Origin: Bacteroidales bacterium
Lineage (GTDB): Bacteria; Bacteroidota; Bacteroidia; Bacteroidales; 4484-276
Assembly: GCA_036794825.1 (NCBI GenBank)
Contig: DAIRGA010000015.1
Coordinates: forward strand, 38,590-102,589
Length of the DNA: 64,000 nucleotides
Direction of reading: 5' to 3'
Positions 19,789 to 28,352 of the stretch are shown here, in pieces (position 1 is the first letter of the stretch; each line of letters opens with the position of its first letter). Under the pieces are notes generated by a model that worked only from the letters and a program-made list of their open reading frames with translations, did not search any database and was not told where the DNA came from. A program made the position numbers and the translations under genes.

Positions 19789-20598
19789 TTAATTCAAAAG
19801 ATCAGATGCAATTTCGTTTTTGGTAATTTTTGTCATTTTGTTCTTTTGCAGAATCTCTCTGGCAAGGTTAAGGTAATTAACAGCCCCCGTGGATTCAGCA
19901 TCGTGCATGATGATGGTTTCGCCGAAGCTTGGCGCCTCGCCCAGTTTGGTGTTACGGTGAATGATGGTGTCGAAAACCATCTGCTGAAAATGCGTCCTTA
20001 CCTCTTCAACCACCTGTTTGGCAAGGCGCAGCCTCGAATCGTACATAGTCAGCAAAATTCCTTCAATATCAAGGCTCTGGTTCATGCGCGACTGGACGAT
20101 TTTGATGGTATTGAGTAATTTACCCAGCCCTTCAAGCGCAAAGTACTCGCATTGCACGGGAATGATGACGGAATCGGCCGCAGCCAGCGCATTCACGGTA
20201 ACCAGTCCCAGCGAGGGTGAGCAATCCACAATGACGAAAGCGTAGTCATCCTTAATCTTATCAATCGCCCTCTTCATCATTTTTTCCCTGTTGGGCATGT
20301 TAATCATCTCAATTTCAGCACCAACGAGGTCAATGTGCGCAGGAATAATATCGAGATTAGGTGTAGTGGTGTGCAGTATGGTTTTTGACGGGTCGAGGTC
20401 GTCAATGATACATTCGTAGATGCTGGTTTGCACATTGCGGGGGTCATGACCAAGGCCAGAGGTTGAATTGGCCTGAGGATCAGCGTCAATCAGAAGCGTT
20501 TTGTACTCCAGAACAGCGAAACCCGCACTCAGGTTAATGGCTGTGGTAGTCTTCCCGACTCCTCCTTTCTGATTGGCAATAGCGATAACTTTTCCCAT
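19789..20598 (-). CDS. parA: Chromosome partitioning ATPase ParA/Soj
   Basis: Deviant Walker A NQKGGVGKTTTAINL. Lies adjacent to and upstream of parB. Confidence 0.92.
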   Translation of the reverse strand: MGKVIAIANQKGGVGKTTTAINLSAGFAVLEYKTLLIDADPQANSTSGLGHDPRNVQTSIYECIIDDLDPSKTILHTTTPNLDIIPAHIDLVGAEIEMINMPNREKMMKRAIDKIKDDYAFVIVDCSPSLGLVTVNALAAADSVIIPVQCEYFALEGLGKLLNTIKIVQSRMNQSLDIEGILLTMYDSRLRLAKQVVEEVRTHFQQMVFDTIIHRNTKLGEAPSFGETIIMHDAESTGAVNYLNLAREILQKNKMTKITKNEIASDLLN

Positions 20599-20623
20599 AA
20601 AATTCTGCTCGGTTTTTGGGGTG

Positions 20624-20631
20624 CAAAATTA
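20624..20631 (-). promoter_or_regulatory. Candidate -7 box (TAATTTTG on the minus strand) for parAB
   Basis: Plus strand reads caaaatta. It lies 26 nt upstream of the parA ATG (20598). Confidence 0.45.
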
Positions 20632-20810
20632 AGACAATAAACGCTCGGTAAAGATTGATGTTTTAAAAAGAAATCAACACAAAACCGGGAACTGGCATTG
20701 TTGAATACCGCTCAAATGCGGATAGCACCGGATTGTTCAATTGAAAATTAGGCGATTAGACTGCAAAACCAACCGGCACATCAATGGTTTTAACTTGTTA
20801 TCTCAGATTA

Positions 20811-20859
20811 CTGCCCAGTGCCTGTTTCCTGCTTCCCAATTCCCCCGTCAGGCATCAAT
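20811..20859 (-). repeat. Degenerate G-rich heptamer array (minus strand) just 3-prime of the DUF3276 gene stop
   Basis: Minus strand reads cctgacg|ggggaat|tgggaag|caggaaa|caggcac|tgggcag. TGGGCAG is the same heptamer as in the 34444 array. Confidence 0.45.
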
Positions 20860-20882
20860 CTGAAAAAGATAACCGCACCAGC

Positions 20883-21248
20883 CTAAGCCTGCTCCTCTTC
20901 GTTTTCCGGAGCGTCAACCTTAAAATCGCCGAAACCAAAATCCTCTTCATCAGCTTCCGCAAATGGGGTAGGAGCTATATCAGGCTTTTTGCCGGTGTTA
21001 ATAAAACCAATAACTCCCTCCAGACCGTGCGAAAACTTCTCAAAATCTTCCTTGTACAGAAAAATCTTATGCTTTTCATAGAAAAACTTGCCCGAATCAG
21101 CGCTGAACCTCCGTTTGCTTTCGGTAATGGTGAGATATTTTTCGCCAGCCCTGGTCTCCTTTACGTCGAAAAAGTAAGTCCTTTTGCCTGCCCTGACAAC
21201 CAGTGAATATACATCCTCCCTGTTGTCCCTGTTAAACGAATCTTCCAT
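20883..21248 (-). CDS. PUR-alpha-like nucleic-acid-binding protein (DUF3276 family)
   Basis: The VYSLVVRAGKRTYFFDVKETRAGEKYLTITESKRRF block is characteristic of Bacteroidota DUF3276 proteins. Confidence 0.7.
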   Translation of the reverse strand: MEDSFNRDNREDVYSLVVRAGKRTYFFDVKETRAGEKYLTITESKRRFSADSGKFFYEKHKIFLYKEDFEKFSHGLEGVIGFINTGKKPDIAPTPFAEADEEDFGFGDFKVDAPENEEEQA

Positions 21249-21277
21249 TTTGATCTATCTTTTGGGTTTTAGTATTG

Positions 21278-21285
21278 CAAAAATA
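21278..21285 (-). promoter_or_regulatory. Candidate -7 box (TATTTTTG on the minus strand) for the DUF3276 gene
   Basis: Plus strand reads caaaaata. It lies 30 nt upstream of ATG 21248. Confidence 0.45.
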
Positions 21286-21349
21286 TGTATTAATCCTGTT
21301 AACAAGGAAATTTTGAGCAGAATTAAAAAAAATGGCAGTAAAAAATAGC

Positions 21350-21357
21350 TACTTTTG
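21350..21357 (+). promoter_or_regulatory. Candidate -7 box TACTTTTG for nusB
   Basis: Fits TAnnTTTG. It lies 40 nt upstream of ATG 21397. Confidence 0.4.
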
Positions 21358-21396
21358 CCGCGTTAAAATTTACCATCAAACCTGTTCTTACATTTT

Positions 21397-22359
21397 ATGC
21401 TCACCCGAAGGCATTTAAGAATCAAAGCGCTGCAGGCGCTCTACGCTTATTTCATTGATGATGAGATTGAGCTCCCGATCGCAGAGAAAAACATGCTCAG
21501 AAGTACCGAACGTATCTACGAGCTGGCCATTTATCAACTCTCCTTCCTTGTCGAAATCGTGAAATTTGCCACCAGGAGAATTGAAGACAACAAGAAAAAA
21601 TTCTATCCTACACAGGAAGACCTTGACCCCAACACCAAATTCGTTGACAATCTCTTTATCGAAAAACTGACCCAAAATCGTGATTACTTAAGGCGTAAGG
21701 ATGCCTATAAAATCAACTGGGTTGACCAGGAGGAGCTCGTAAGGCGCTGTTACAACGATCTGCGCGAATCATCCCGGTATAGAACCTATATGGAAAATCC
21801 CAAAAAGAGTTTTGACGAAGACCGTAAGCTGATGAACGATATTTTTACGGGACTGCTGATGGACAACGAGTTGCTCGAGTCGCATTATGAAGAGATTAGT
21901 GTTTACTGGGCCAACGACATTGATATCGCCAATTACTGCGCATTGAAAATCATCGGCAGCCTCACTGCAAAGCAGGACAACCTTCAAACCTTGCCTGAAC
22001 TATACAATACAGATGGGAAAGATGATCCGGACGAAGATAAAAAATACATGATCCGGCTGTTCCATAAAACGATCCTGCGAAGCAAATCCTACGAGCAACT
22101 CATTGAAGAAAAGGCCAGTAACTGGGAACTGAACCGCATTACGCTAATGGATATAATACTCCTGAAAATGGGTTTGACCGAACTAACCGAATTTCCTTCA
22201 ATCCCCATTAAGGTCACGATGAATGAGATAATTGAGATGGCAAAAATCTACAGCACGCCCAAGAGCCGGGTTTTTATCAACGGTGTGCTGGATAAGCTGA
22301 TTAACGATTTGAAAGAAAGTGGCCAGATCGTGAAATCGGGGAGAGGCCTCATTGAGTAG
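21397..22359 (+). CDS. nusB: Transcription antitermination factor NusB (long Bacteroidota form)
   Basis: N-terminus MLTRRHLRIKALQALYAY and C-terminal NusB core (ELNRITLMDIILLKMGLTEL...IINEIIEMAKIYSTPKSRVFINGVLDK). Confidence 0.8.
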   Translation: MLTRRHLRIKALQALYAYFIDDEIELPIAEKNMLRSTERIYELAIYQLSFLVEIVKFATRRIEDNKKKFYPTQEDLDPNTKFVDNLFIEKLTQNRDYLRRKDAYKINWVDQEELVRRCYNDLRESSRYRTYMENPKKSFDEDRKLMNDIFTGLLMDNELLESHYEEISVYWANDIDIANYCALKIIGSLTAKQDNLQTLPELYNTDGKDDPDEDKKYMIRLFHKTILRSKSYEQLIEEKASNWELNRITLMDIILLKMGLTELTEFPSIPIKVTMNEIIEMAKIYSTPKSRVFINGVLDKLINDLKESGQIVKSGRGLIE

Positions 22360-22586
22360 TTCAATCCGTTGTGAAAAATTACACTGTATCCTAACTTGAC
22401 CCCGGCCATTTGGGAAATAGAAAAATATCCCATATAAAATATTGATAATCAAGTAAAAAAAAGAAACTCTCCCAAAATGTTTTGATTTGGATTTTTTTAA
22501 ATGGGATTTATTTGTCATTTGTTTATTGTCATCTGGAATTTTTTAGATAAAAGCAGCAAACCAAAAATTAGCAATCAACCCTCTCC

Positions 22587-24038
22587 ATGTCAGGAAGAAG
22601 AAAAAAGAAATTTGACCAGCCTTTATTCGAGCAGATCGAAATAACGGATGCCGGCGCTGAAGGAAAAGCCATTGCCCGTGTGGATTCGATGGTGATTTTT
22701 GTTCCTTTTGCCGCACCTGGCGATGTAGTGGACATCAAGGTTATAAAAAAGAAGAAGTCGTTTTACGAAGGAAACGTCATCAAGTACCACCAACTTTCGG
22801 AAAAACGAGTTGATCCTCGCTGTGGGCATTTCGGACTATGTGGAGGTTGCAAATGGCAGCATCTCAGCTACGATGAACAGCTTTTCCTGAAGCAAAAGCA
22901 GGTAATAGATAATTTTCAACGAATCGGGAAATTGACCATCCCGCCGTTTGAGCCTATCAAACCCTCTTCGGAGCAATATTTCTACCGAAACAAACTGGAA
23001 TTCTCCTTCTCCAACCGTAAATGGCTTTCTGAAAATGAAAAAGTCGAAGGGCAGTTTACCAACGCCAACGGAGTGGGGATGCACCTTCCGGGGATGTTCG
23101 ACCGGATTGTGGATATCGAGAATTGTTATCTGCAACGCGAACCATCCAACAGTATCAGGCTATTTCTGAAAGATTACGGAATCGAACGCAGCCTTACTTT
23201 TTATGATGCCCGGATTCACGGGGGATTTCTTCGCAATGTTACCATCCGGACAACCTCCACCGGCGAAACTATGGTAATACTTGCCTTTGGATATAATGAT
23301 GATCCGGAGATCAGCAAACTGACCGCTCAACTAATGGCAGCCTTCCCCGAAATAACCTCCCTCTTTACGGTTATTAACCCAAAGAAAAACGACACCATTA
23401 ATGACCTTCAACTTAGACTCGTTGCCGGTAAGCCCTACATCACCGAGCAGATGGATCACCTGAGTTTCAAAATCGGTCCATTGTCGTTTTACCAGACCAA
23501 CCCGCAGCAGGCGCAGGTGTTATACGAAACCGCACGGAGTTTTGCTGCTTTCGAAGGTCATGAACTGGTGTACGATCTCTATTGCGGGACAGGAACCATC
23601 ACTAACTTCATTGCAGGCCAGGTGAAAAAGGTTATCGGGATCGAGTACATTCCCGAGGCCATCGCCGATGCTTTCGAAAACTCGCGACTTAATGGAATTT
23701 CCAACACTGATTTTGTTGTGGGAGATATTGCCGCTACCCTGAATGAGGATTTTGTAAACCGCCACGGCAAGCCGGATGTCGTAATTACCGATCCGCCGCG
23801 GTCCGGGATGCATCCCAAAGTGATTGAACAACTGCTTCGTATTGCCCCACAAAAGATCGTTTACGTCAGTTGTAACCCGGCAACACAAGCCAGAGATATC
23901 GCGCTTCTATCCGAAAAGTATTCATTGGACAAAATCCAGCCGGTGGATATGTTCCCGCAAACCCACCATGTTGAGAACGTCACTCTGCTGACAAAGCTAT
24001 CCCCAGCGCAGGCGCAACCAGCAGCGCAAGCGCTTTAA
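22587..24038 (+). CDS. rlmD: 23S rRNA (uracil-C5)-methyltransferase, RlmD/RumA family
   Basis: TRAM-like N-terminus, Fe-S Cys cluster CGHFGLCGGCKWQH, SAM motif DLYCGTGT, and catalytic region VYVSCNPATQARD. Confidence 0.85.
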   Translation: MSGRRKKKFDQPLFEQIEITDAGAEGKAIARVDSMVIFVPFAAPGDVVDIKVIKKKKSFYEGNVIKYHQLSEKRVDPRCGHFGLCGGCKWQHLSYDEQLFLKQKQVIDNFQRIGKLTIPPFEPIKPSSEQYFYRNKLEFSFSNRKWLSENEKVEGQFTNANGVGMHLPGMFDRIVDIENCYLQREPSNSIRLFLKDYGIERSLTFYDARIHGGFLRNVTIRTTSTGETMVILAFGYNDDPEISKLTAQLMAAFPEITSLFTVINPKKNDTINDLQLRLVAGKPYITEQMDHLSFKIGPLSFYQTNPQQAQVLYETARSFAAFEGHELVYDLYCGTGTITNFIAGQVKKVIGIEYIPEAIADAFENSRLNGISNTDFVVGDIAATLNEDFVNRHGKPDVVITDPPRSGMHPKVIEQLLRIAPQKIVYVSCNPATQARDIALLSEKYSLDKIQPVDMFPQTHHVENVTLLTKLSPAQAQPAAQAL

Positions 24039-24510
24039 AGTCGAGACTTTCACCCTTAATGTGATAATGTGCCTGTTGATAAAGCCTCGCCCTGTCATTC
24101 ATATCCTGGTCAATCTGAACTTTTAACTCCTCATCATTCAGGTCAGAAATACGCGGACGCGGGCGCCTTGCATTCTTCAGCCTCGCAAACAGCGAATCGG
24201 GATGCATATGAATGTACACGGAGATACCATGTTGATTGATGAGATGGATATTGTCGCTGTAACAGGCTGTTCCTCCGCCGGTAGAAATAACATGACTCTC
24301 CATCGTAAAAGTCGTTTCAAGTAATCTGCGCTCAAGAATCCTGAATGCGGCTTCATCATATTTCTCAAAAAAATCCATGATACTAATTCTGAAATTCTCC
24401 TCAAACGCTCTGTCAAGATCAATGAAAGAGTACCCGAGCAACCGGGCAAGCTGCTTGCCGGCGGTTGATTTGCCTGCCCCCATGTAGCCTATCAGGTAAA
24501 CGTTTTTCAT
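23980..24510 (-). CDS. aroK: Shikimate kinase
   Basis: MKNVYLIGYMGAGKSTAGKQLA carries Walker A. Start chosen at ATG 24510; the track ORF extends to 24549. The 3-prime end overlaps the rlmD 3-prime end by 59 nt. Confidence 0.85.
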   Translation of the reverse strand: MKNVYLIGYMGAGKSTAGKQLARLLGYSFIDLDRAFEENFRISIMDFFEKYDEAAFRILERRLLETTFTMESHVISTGGGTACYSDNIHLINQHGISVYIHMHPDSLFARLKNARRPRPRISDLNDEELKVQIDQDMNDRARLYQQAHYHIKGESLDFKALALLVAPALGIALSAE

Positions 24511-24709
24511 CTTCTTCAATTTCGCACAAAAATAATCCTTTAGATGCAACCGGATTGAGGCTGGGAAAATAGTGTAATCACACGGCCTGTATCATGTTAC
24601 CACTGGACATTTTTCACCTGCAGAACTGAACCGTTTTACTGCATTTCTGTTTAAATTACTGGTCAACAAAAAATTACTAACAATTTAATCGCTGCTTTGA
24701 ATGTTTTTA

Positions 24710-24717
24710 TATCTTTG
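24710..24717 (+). promoter_or_regulatory. Candidate -7 box TATCTTTG
   Basis: Fits TAnnTTTG. It lies 38 nt upstream of ATG 24755. Confidence 0.4.
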
Positions 24718-24754
24718 AGCGTGTTGTTAGAAAAACATACCAAAACGAAGTATT

Positions 24755-25018
24755 ATGGGCACTACAGAAAACATAAAGCCAGTTGAAATTTTTTCAGGAA
24801 CAGCCTGGCAGGCTGAAATTATCAGGGAAATGCTCTCAGACAACGAAATTGAAGCCTATCTTGGAGATGAAATCTGGGGTATGGATGCTCCCATGCAAAA
24901 TGCACCCGATACAGTAGGATCCGTGCGTGTTTTTGTTGACCGGGAAGATTTGCAGGATGCCAAAGTGGTTGTGGAACGTTACTACGAAGAGGGTGTGATG
25001 CCCGGAGAGGATTACTAA
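24755..25018 (+). CDS. DUF2007-like small protein (putative signal-transducing fold)
   Basis: 87 aa. VEIFSGTAWQAEIIREMLSDNEIEAYL resembles DUF2007 proteins. Assignment from memory only. Confidence 0.5.
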   Translation: MGTTENIKPVEIFSGTAWQAEIIREMLSDNEIEAYLGDEIWGMDAPMQNAPDTVGSVRVFVDREDLQDAKVVVERYYEEGVMPGEDY

Positions 25019-25071
25019 ACTTCACCTTTTATAGGGAATTCATTGATCGGGAAAGTAGCCTGTAGGTTTTC

Positions 25072-25113
25072 GGGAATGGGGAAATGGGTGAATGGGGAAA
25101 TGGGTGAATGAAC
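25072..25113 (+). repeat. Octamer tandem array GAATGGGG/AAATGGGT (5 units) containing five G-tracts
   Basis: The units are gaatgggg|aaatgggt|gaatgggg|aaatgggt|gaatgaac. G-tracts lie at 25072-74, 25078-81, 25086-88, 25094-97 and 25102-04, with 3-5 nt loops. Confidence 0.85.
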
Positions 25114-25128
25114 ACTAATTCTTTAAGC

Positions 25129-25163
25129 CCCCAAACGTCCAACTTCAAACATCGAACCACAAG
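25129..25163 (+). repeat. Heptamer array of the CNYCRAA family (5 units)
   Basis: The units are ccccaaa|cgtccaa|cttcaaa|catcgaa|ccacaag. This is the same family as block C of the 34444-34639 array. Confidence 0.6.
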
Positions 25164-25225
25164 CTTAGCTGAAATCCATTAACTTTCATTTCCAGTCATC
25201 GGTATTTTTTAGCATACAATCAACC

Positions 25226-26386
25226 CTAAAACGAGTACTTCAGGGAAAGCATCCATAGCGAACCGGCATCTGAAAATATAGATTCCTCTTTTGAAGTGTA
25301 AACCTGCGCCAGCATGCTGAGATCAAGGTTTGTGAACATATTCCAGTTAAAATTCGGCGAAATGAACGCCGACCTGATGTCGGGAAGAACCATTGCGGTG
25401 ATTCCTGCTGTTACCACCGGCGAGAAAGGATGACTCACATTCGCAGTAAATGCAAACTCCGAAAACATAATATCATCCGGCCTGAGTGGCTCTGTAATGA
25501 TGATTTGTTGTGTCGAATCGCGATTATAACCACCATTATAAAGTGCTTCAATCGCCCCATAAGTTCCTTTATTGAAAAGATAGTCTGCACCAACTGCTGC
25601 TACCACATTGCCCCGCCGCAGGTCAGCGTTCCTTTCGATGTCGTAAAACCAGGTGGCTTCTCCTTTAAATCCTGCGCCCAGGAGGTTGCCGCTCCATCCA
25701 CCTCCCAATGCAAGGCGATTGCGGTAAACACCGGCAAGCGTCTGTAAATCGAAAGCATTTTGATTGAAATTCAGCATAATTGCTGCAACGCTCTCTTGCC
25801 ATGACTTTCCGGGGCTCACAGCAAGTTGCATTCTCGACAAATGCCCCCAATAGTATTGAATCCTCAGTGCATCTGTTCCGGGGTGTTCTTCATAATCGAA
25901 ATCAAAAAAGGAATAGACATTGAAAAGATCGTTTGGGTTCGAAACCATATTGATTCCCCAGTTGATCCGTTGTCTGCCTGCCCTCACCTGCCACCTTCCG
26001 TGCTGCCAGTCAGCGTAAAACCGGTCAGCCATCGTATGTCCAAGCCATGCGCCATCGACAAGCCATACCCACGACATATCAATCAAACCCCGATCATCAT
26101 CCACAAAATCTTTGTAGGAAGGATTCATACGAAAATTCTCATCGTACAACAACCGGTTACGTCCTTCGAGGGCAATATGAAGATTTTTCGACACAACCAG
26201 CCTCATATTCAATCTGTTGTGCAGTATGTTGATGACTGTAGGGTTGGAAAAATTTTCGTCCATAGTAACCAGTGGGAGTTCCTTCAGGTATCCCTTCAGC
26301 CCAAAATGAGGACTGAACTCTGGTGAAGAAGCCTGCCCTATTCCCTGTGTATTAAGGAAAACTAGCAGGATAGAACCGATAATCAT
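25226..26386 (-). CDS. Outer-membrane beta-barrel protein (family not recognised), last gene of the LolA-like/ABC operon
   Basis: ATG 26386 gives the signal peptide MIIGSILLVFLNTQGIGQA; the track start at 26410 is TTG. The sequence has alternating beta-strand character, an RAGRQRINWG block and a terminal ...LSLKYSF (aromatic C-terminus). Confidence 0.65.
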   Translation of the reverse strand: MIIGSILLVFLNTQGIGQASSPEFSPHFGLKGYLKELPLVTMDENFSNPTVINILHNRLNMRLVVSKNLHIALEGRNRLLYDENFRMNPSYKDFVDDDRGLIDMSWVWLVDGAWLGHTMADRFYADWQHGRWQVRAGRQRINWGINMVSNPNDLFNVYSFFDFDYEEHPGTDALRIQYYWGHLSRMQLAVSPGKSWQESVAAIMLNFNQNAFDLQTLAGVYRNRLALGGGWSGNLLGAGFKGEATWFYDIERNADLRRGNVVAAVGADYLFNKGTYGAIEALYNGGYNRDSTQQIIITEPLRPDDIMFSEFAFTANVSHPFSPVVTAGITAMVLPDIRSAFISPNFNWNMFTNLDLSMLAQVYTSKEESIFSDAGSLWMLSLKYSF

Positions 26387-26410
26387 CAATTTCCTCACCG
26401 GGCAAAACAA

Positions 26411-27100
26411 TTAACGGTCAAAATATTCATCGCTTGTAACCCGACCATCCACCAGGGTAATAACCCGTCTTGCCCGTTCAATCACTCTTTGGTCGTGTGT
26501 GGAGAAGATCAGTGTGATTTTTTCCTCCCTGTTGAGCTTTTGCATTATGTCGAGCAGGTTGAAAGCGGAAGCGGTGTCAAGATTGGCAGTCGGTTCGTCG
26601 GCAAGGACGAACTTAGGCCTCGATGCCAGCGCCCTGGCCACGGCAACCCGCTGTTGCTGTCCGCCCGAAAGCTTTGATGGGCGAACATGGATTTTGTCCT
26701 CCAGACCCACCTGGATGAGCATTTCTCGTGCCCGTTCTTCAATCTCTTTGCGATCTCTCTTTTGCAGCAGCATGATAAACGAGACATTTTCGAGTGCGGT
26801 CATCACCGGCAGGAGGTTATAGGATTGAAACACAAACCCGATGTTATGCAGCCTGAAATCAATCAATTGGGAATCTTTTATCCGGCTGATCTCCGTGCCG
26901 TCAATCCAGATTTTACCTTCTGTTGGCCTGTCAAGTCCTCCGATCATGTTGAGCAGGGTGGTCTTCCCGCTTCCTGAAGGTCCCACTATGGCCGTGAATT
27001 CGCTTTGCCCGAAGGTGAGTGTAATATCTTTCAGCGCCTGAACCGGCAACGCATTGTCGTTGTATGTCCTGGAGAGGTTTTCCGTTTGTATGATGCTCAT
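26411..27100 (-). CDS. ABC transporter ATP-binding protein (LolD/MacB-type)
   Basis: Walker A GPSGSGKTT, signature LSGGQQQRVAVARAL and Walker B FVLADEPT. Confidence 0.9.
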   Translation of the reverse strand: MSIIQTENLSRTYNDNALPVQALKDITLTFGQSEFTAIVGPSGSGKTTLLNMIGGLDRPTEGKIWIDGTEISRIKDSQLIDFRLHNIGFVFQSYNLLPVMTALENVSFIMLLQKRDRKEIEERAREMLIQVGLEDKIHVRPSKLSGGQQQRVAVARALASRPKFVLADEPTANLDTASAFNLLDIMQKLNREEKITLIFSTHDQRVIERARRVITLVDGRVTSDEYFDR

Positions 27101-27125
27101 TTTATCAGGTTTTGTTGTAATAAAA

Positions 27126-28349
27126 TCAGTCCTTTCTTATGGCTTCAGAAGGATTCAGCCTCAGCGCCCTGATTGCCGGGTATATCGAGGTAATCAGTGC
27201 AGTAAATATCGTTAACAGGGTTACGGTAAAGAAAAATGATGGGTCAAGCGATGGATACACCACTGAATCAAAGCCAAAATCATTCAGCGAATCGCCACCG
27301 ACCGTGGCAAAGTCAATCCCCGTAAAATGAAAAAGCCTGATGGTGACGATGCCGAATAGCATCCCGCCTAATCCTCCTGTCAGCGTAATAAACAGGGTTT
27401 CCATCAGTATCATCCCGAAAATCCGCCTTTTATTCATCCCGATAGCCATTAGCATACCCAGTTCTCTGATCCGTTCGTAAACCGACATCAGGATAGTGTT
27501 GAGCAGCCCAAAAGCCAGTGCCAGTAGTATCACCAGAAGAATCACCGTCATCATCACACCAGTCATCTCCTGCATATAACTCAGTTCCGGTGAGATCTCC
27601 TTCCACGTTTTGACGGTAAGATGGCTGTACCGGGATTGAAAATGCAGTGCAACTTTGTTAACCGAGTCAAGATCGTGGCAAATCAATGCCACCTGGTTGA
27701 TAATTATCTCACCGGCAACAATTTCATTCAGATCCTGGTGAAGCACATAAGCATTTAGTTCGTCATTCAGCGTATTGGAAGTCTGGTAGATGCCGCTGAC
27801 CCTGAACAACGAGGAAGTGAGTTCGCCGCTGGTATCCTGAAACGTTACCACTACCCTCGACCCGATTCTTACCTTCATTTTATCCGCCAGCTTCCGGCCA
27901 AGAAGAATCGGGCTCTTTTCCTCTCCGGCAAAGTAGCTTCCTTCAGTCACATTTTCATTCAACCCTGTGGTCTGAGCCTCCATTTCAGGGTCAATACCGT
28001 TAATTTTTATCCCGGTAGTGAGGTTGGAACTTGCAATCATCCCGCTTACCAGCGTTCGCATAGTGAAAGCCTTAACATTCTCATTCTCTGATATTTCTTT
28101 GCCCAACGATTCCCACGCGTCAATCCGGTGAACGACATTGTTCTCTTTGAGGTAATCGGGATTGTGCATCTGGATGTGCGAAAACTGCTGCTGAATGCTG
28201 GTACGAAACCGTTGCTCCATCAGCCCGGTGGTGATTGAGGCCACAAATACTCCTGCCCAAAGCCCGATCATCACTGCGAAGATCATGACCAGACTTCGCC
28301 TCGGATTCCTCCATATATTGCGCCACGCCAATTTGATGAGCATCTTCAT
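27126..28349 (-). CDS. ABC transporter permease, FtsX/MacB-periplasmic-domain type
   Basis: N-terminus AWRNIWRNPRRS. One N-terminal TM, a large periplasmic domain and three C-terminal TMs, 407 aa. Confidence 0.85.
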   Translation of the reverse strand: MKMLIKLAWRNIWRNPRRSLVMIFAVMIGLWAGVFVASITTGLMEQRFRTSIQQQFSHIQMHNPDYLKENNVVHRIDAWESLGKEISENENVKAFTMRTLVSGMIASSNLTTGIKINGIDPEMEAQTTGLNENVTEGSYFAGEEKSPILLGRKLADKMKVRIGSRVVVTFQDTSGELTSSLFRVSGIYQTSNTLNDELNAYVLHQDLNEIVAGEIIINQVALICHDLDSVNKVALHFQSRYSHLTVKTWKEISPELSYMQEMTGVMMTVILLVILLALAFGLLNTILMSVYERIRELGMLMAIGMNKRRIFGMILMETLFITLTGGLGGMLFGIVTIRLFHFTGIDFATVGGDSLNDFGFDSVVYPSLDPSFFFTVTLLTIFTALITSIYPAIRALRLNPSEAIRKD

Positions 28350-28352
28350 GGT

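Noticed and set aside
18906-20882. Search for parS (TGTTTCACGTGAAACA-like) sites or a DnaA-box cluster / oriC near parAB.
   Set aside because: I found no convincing parS palindrome or cluster of TTATCCACA-like boxes by eye in or around parAB. The only near half-sites (for example 31509 and 43571) are isolated. I cannot claim an origin here.
20784-21206. 140-aa plus-strand ORF opposite the DUF3276 gene.
   Set aside because: It is antisense to a gene with a clear conserved family signature. Its sequence is low-complexity, and the array-like 20811-20859 region contributes its N-terminus.
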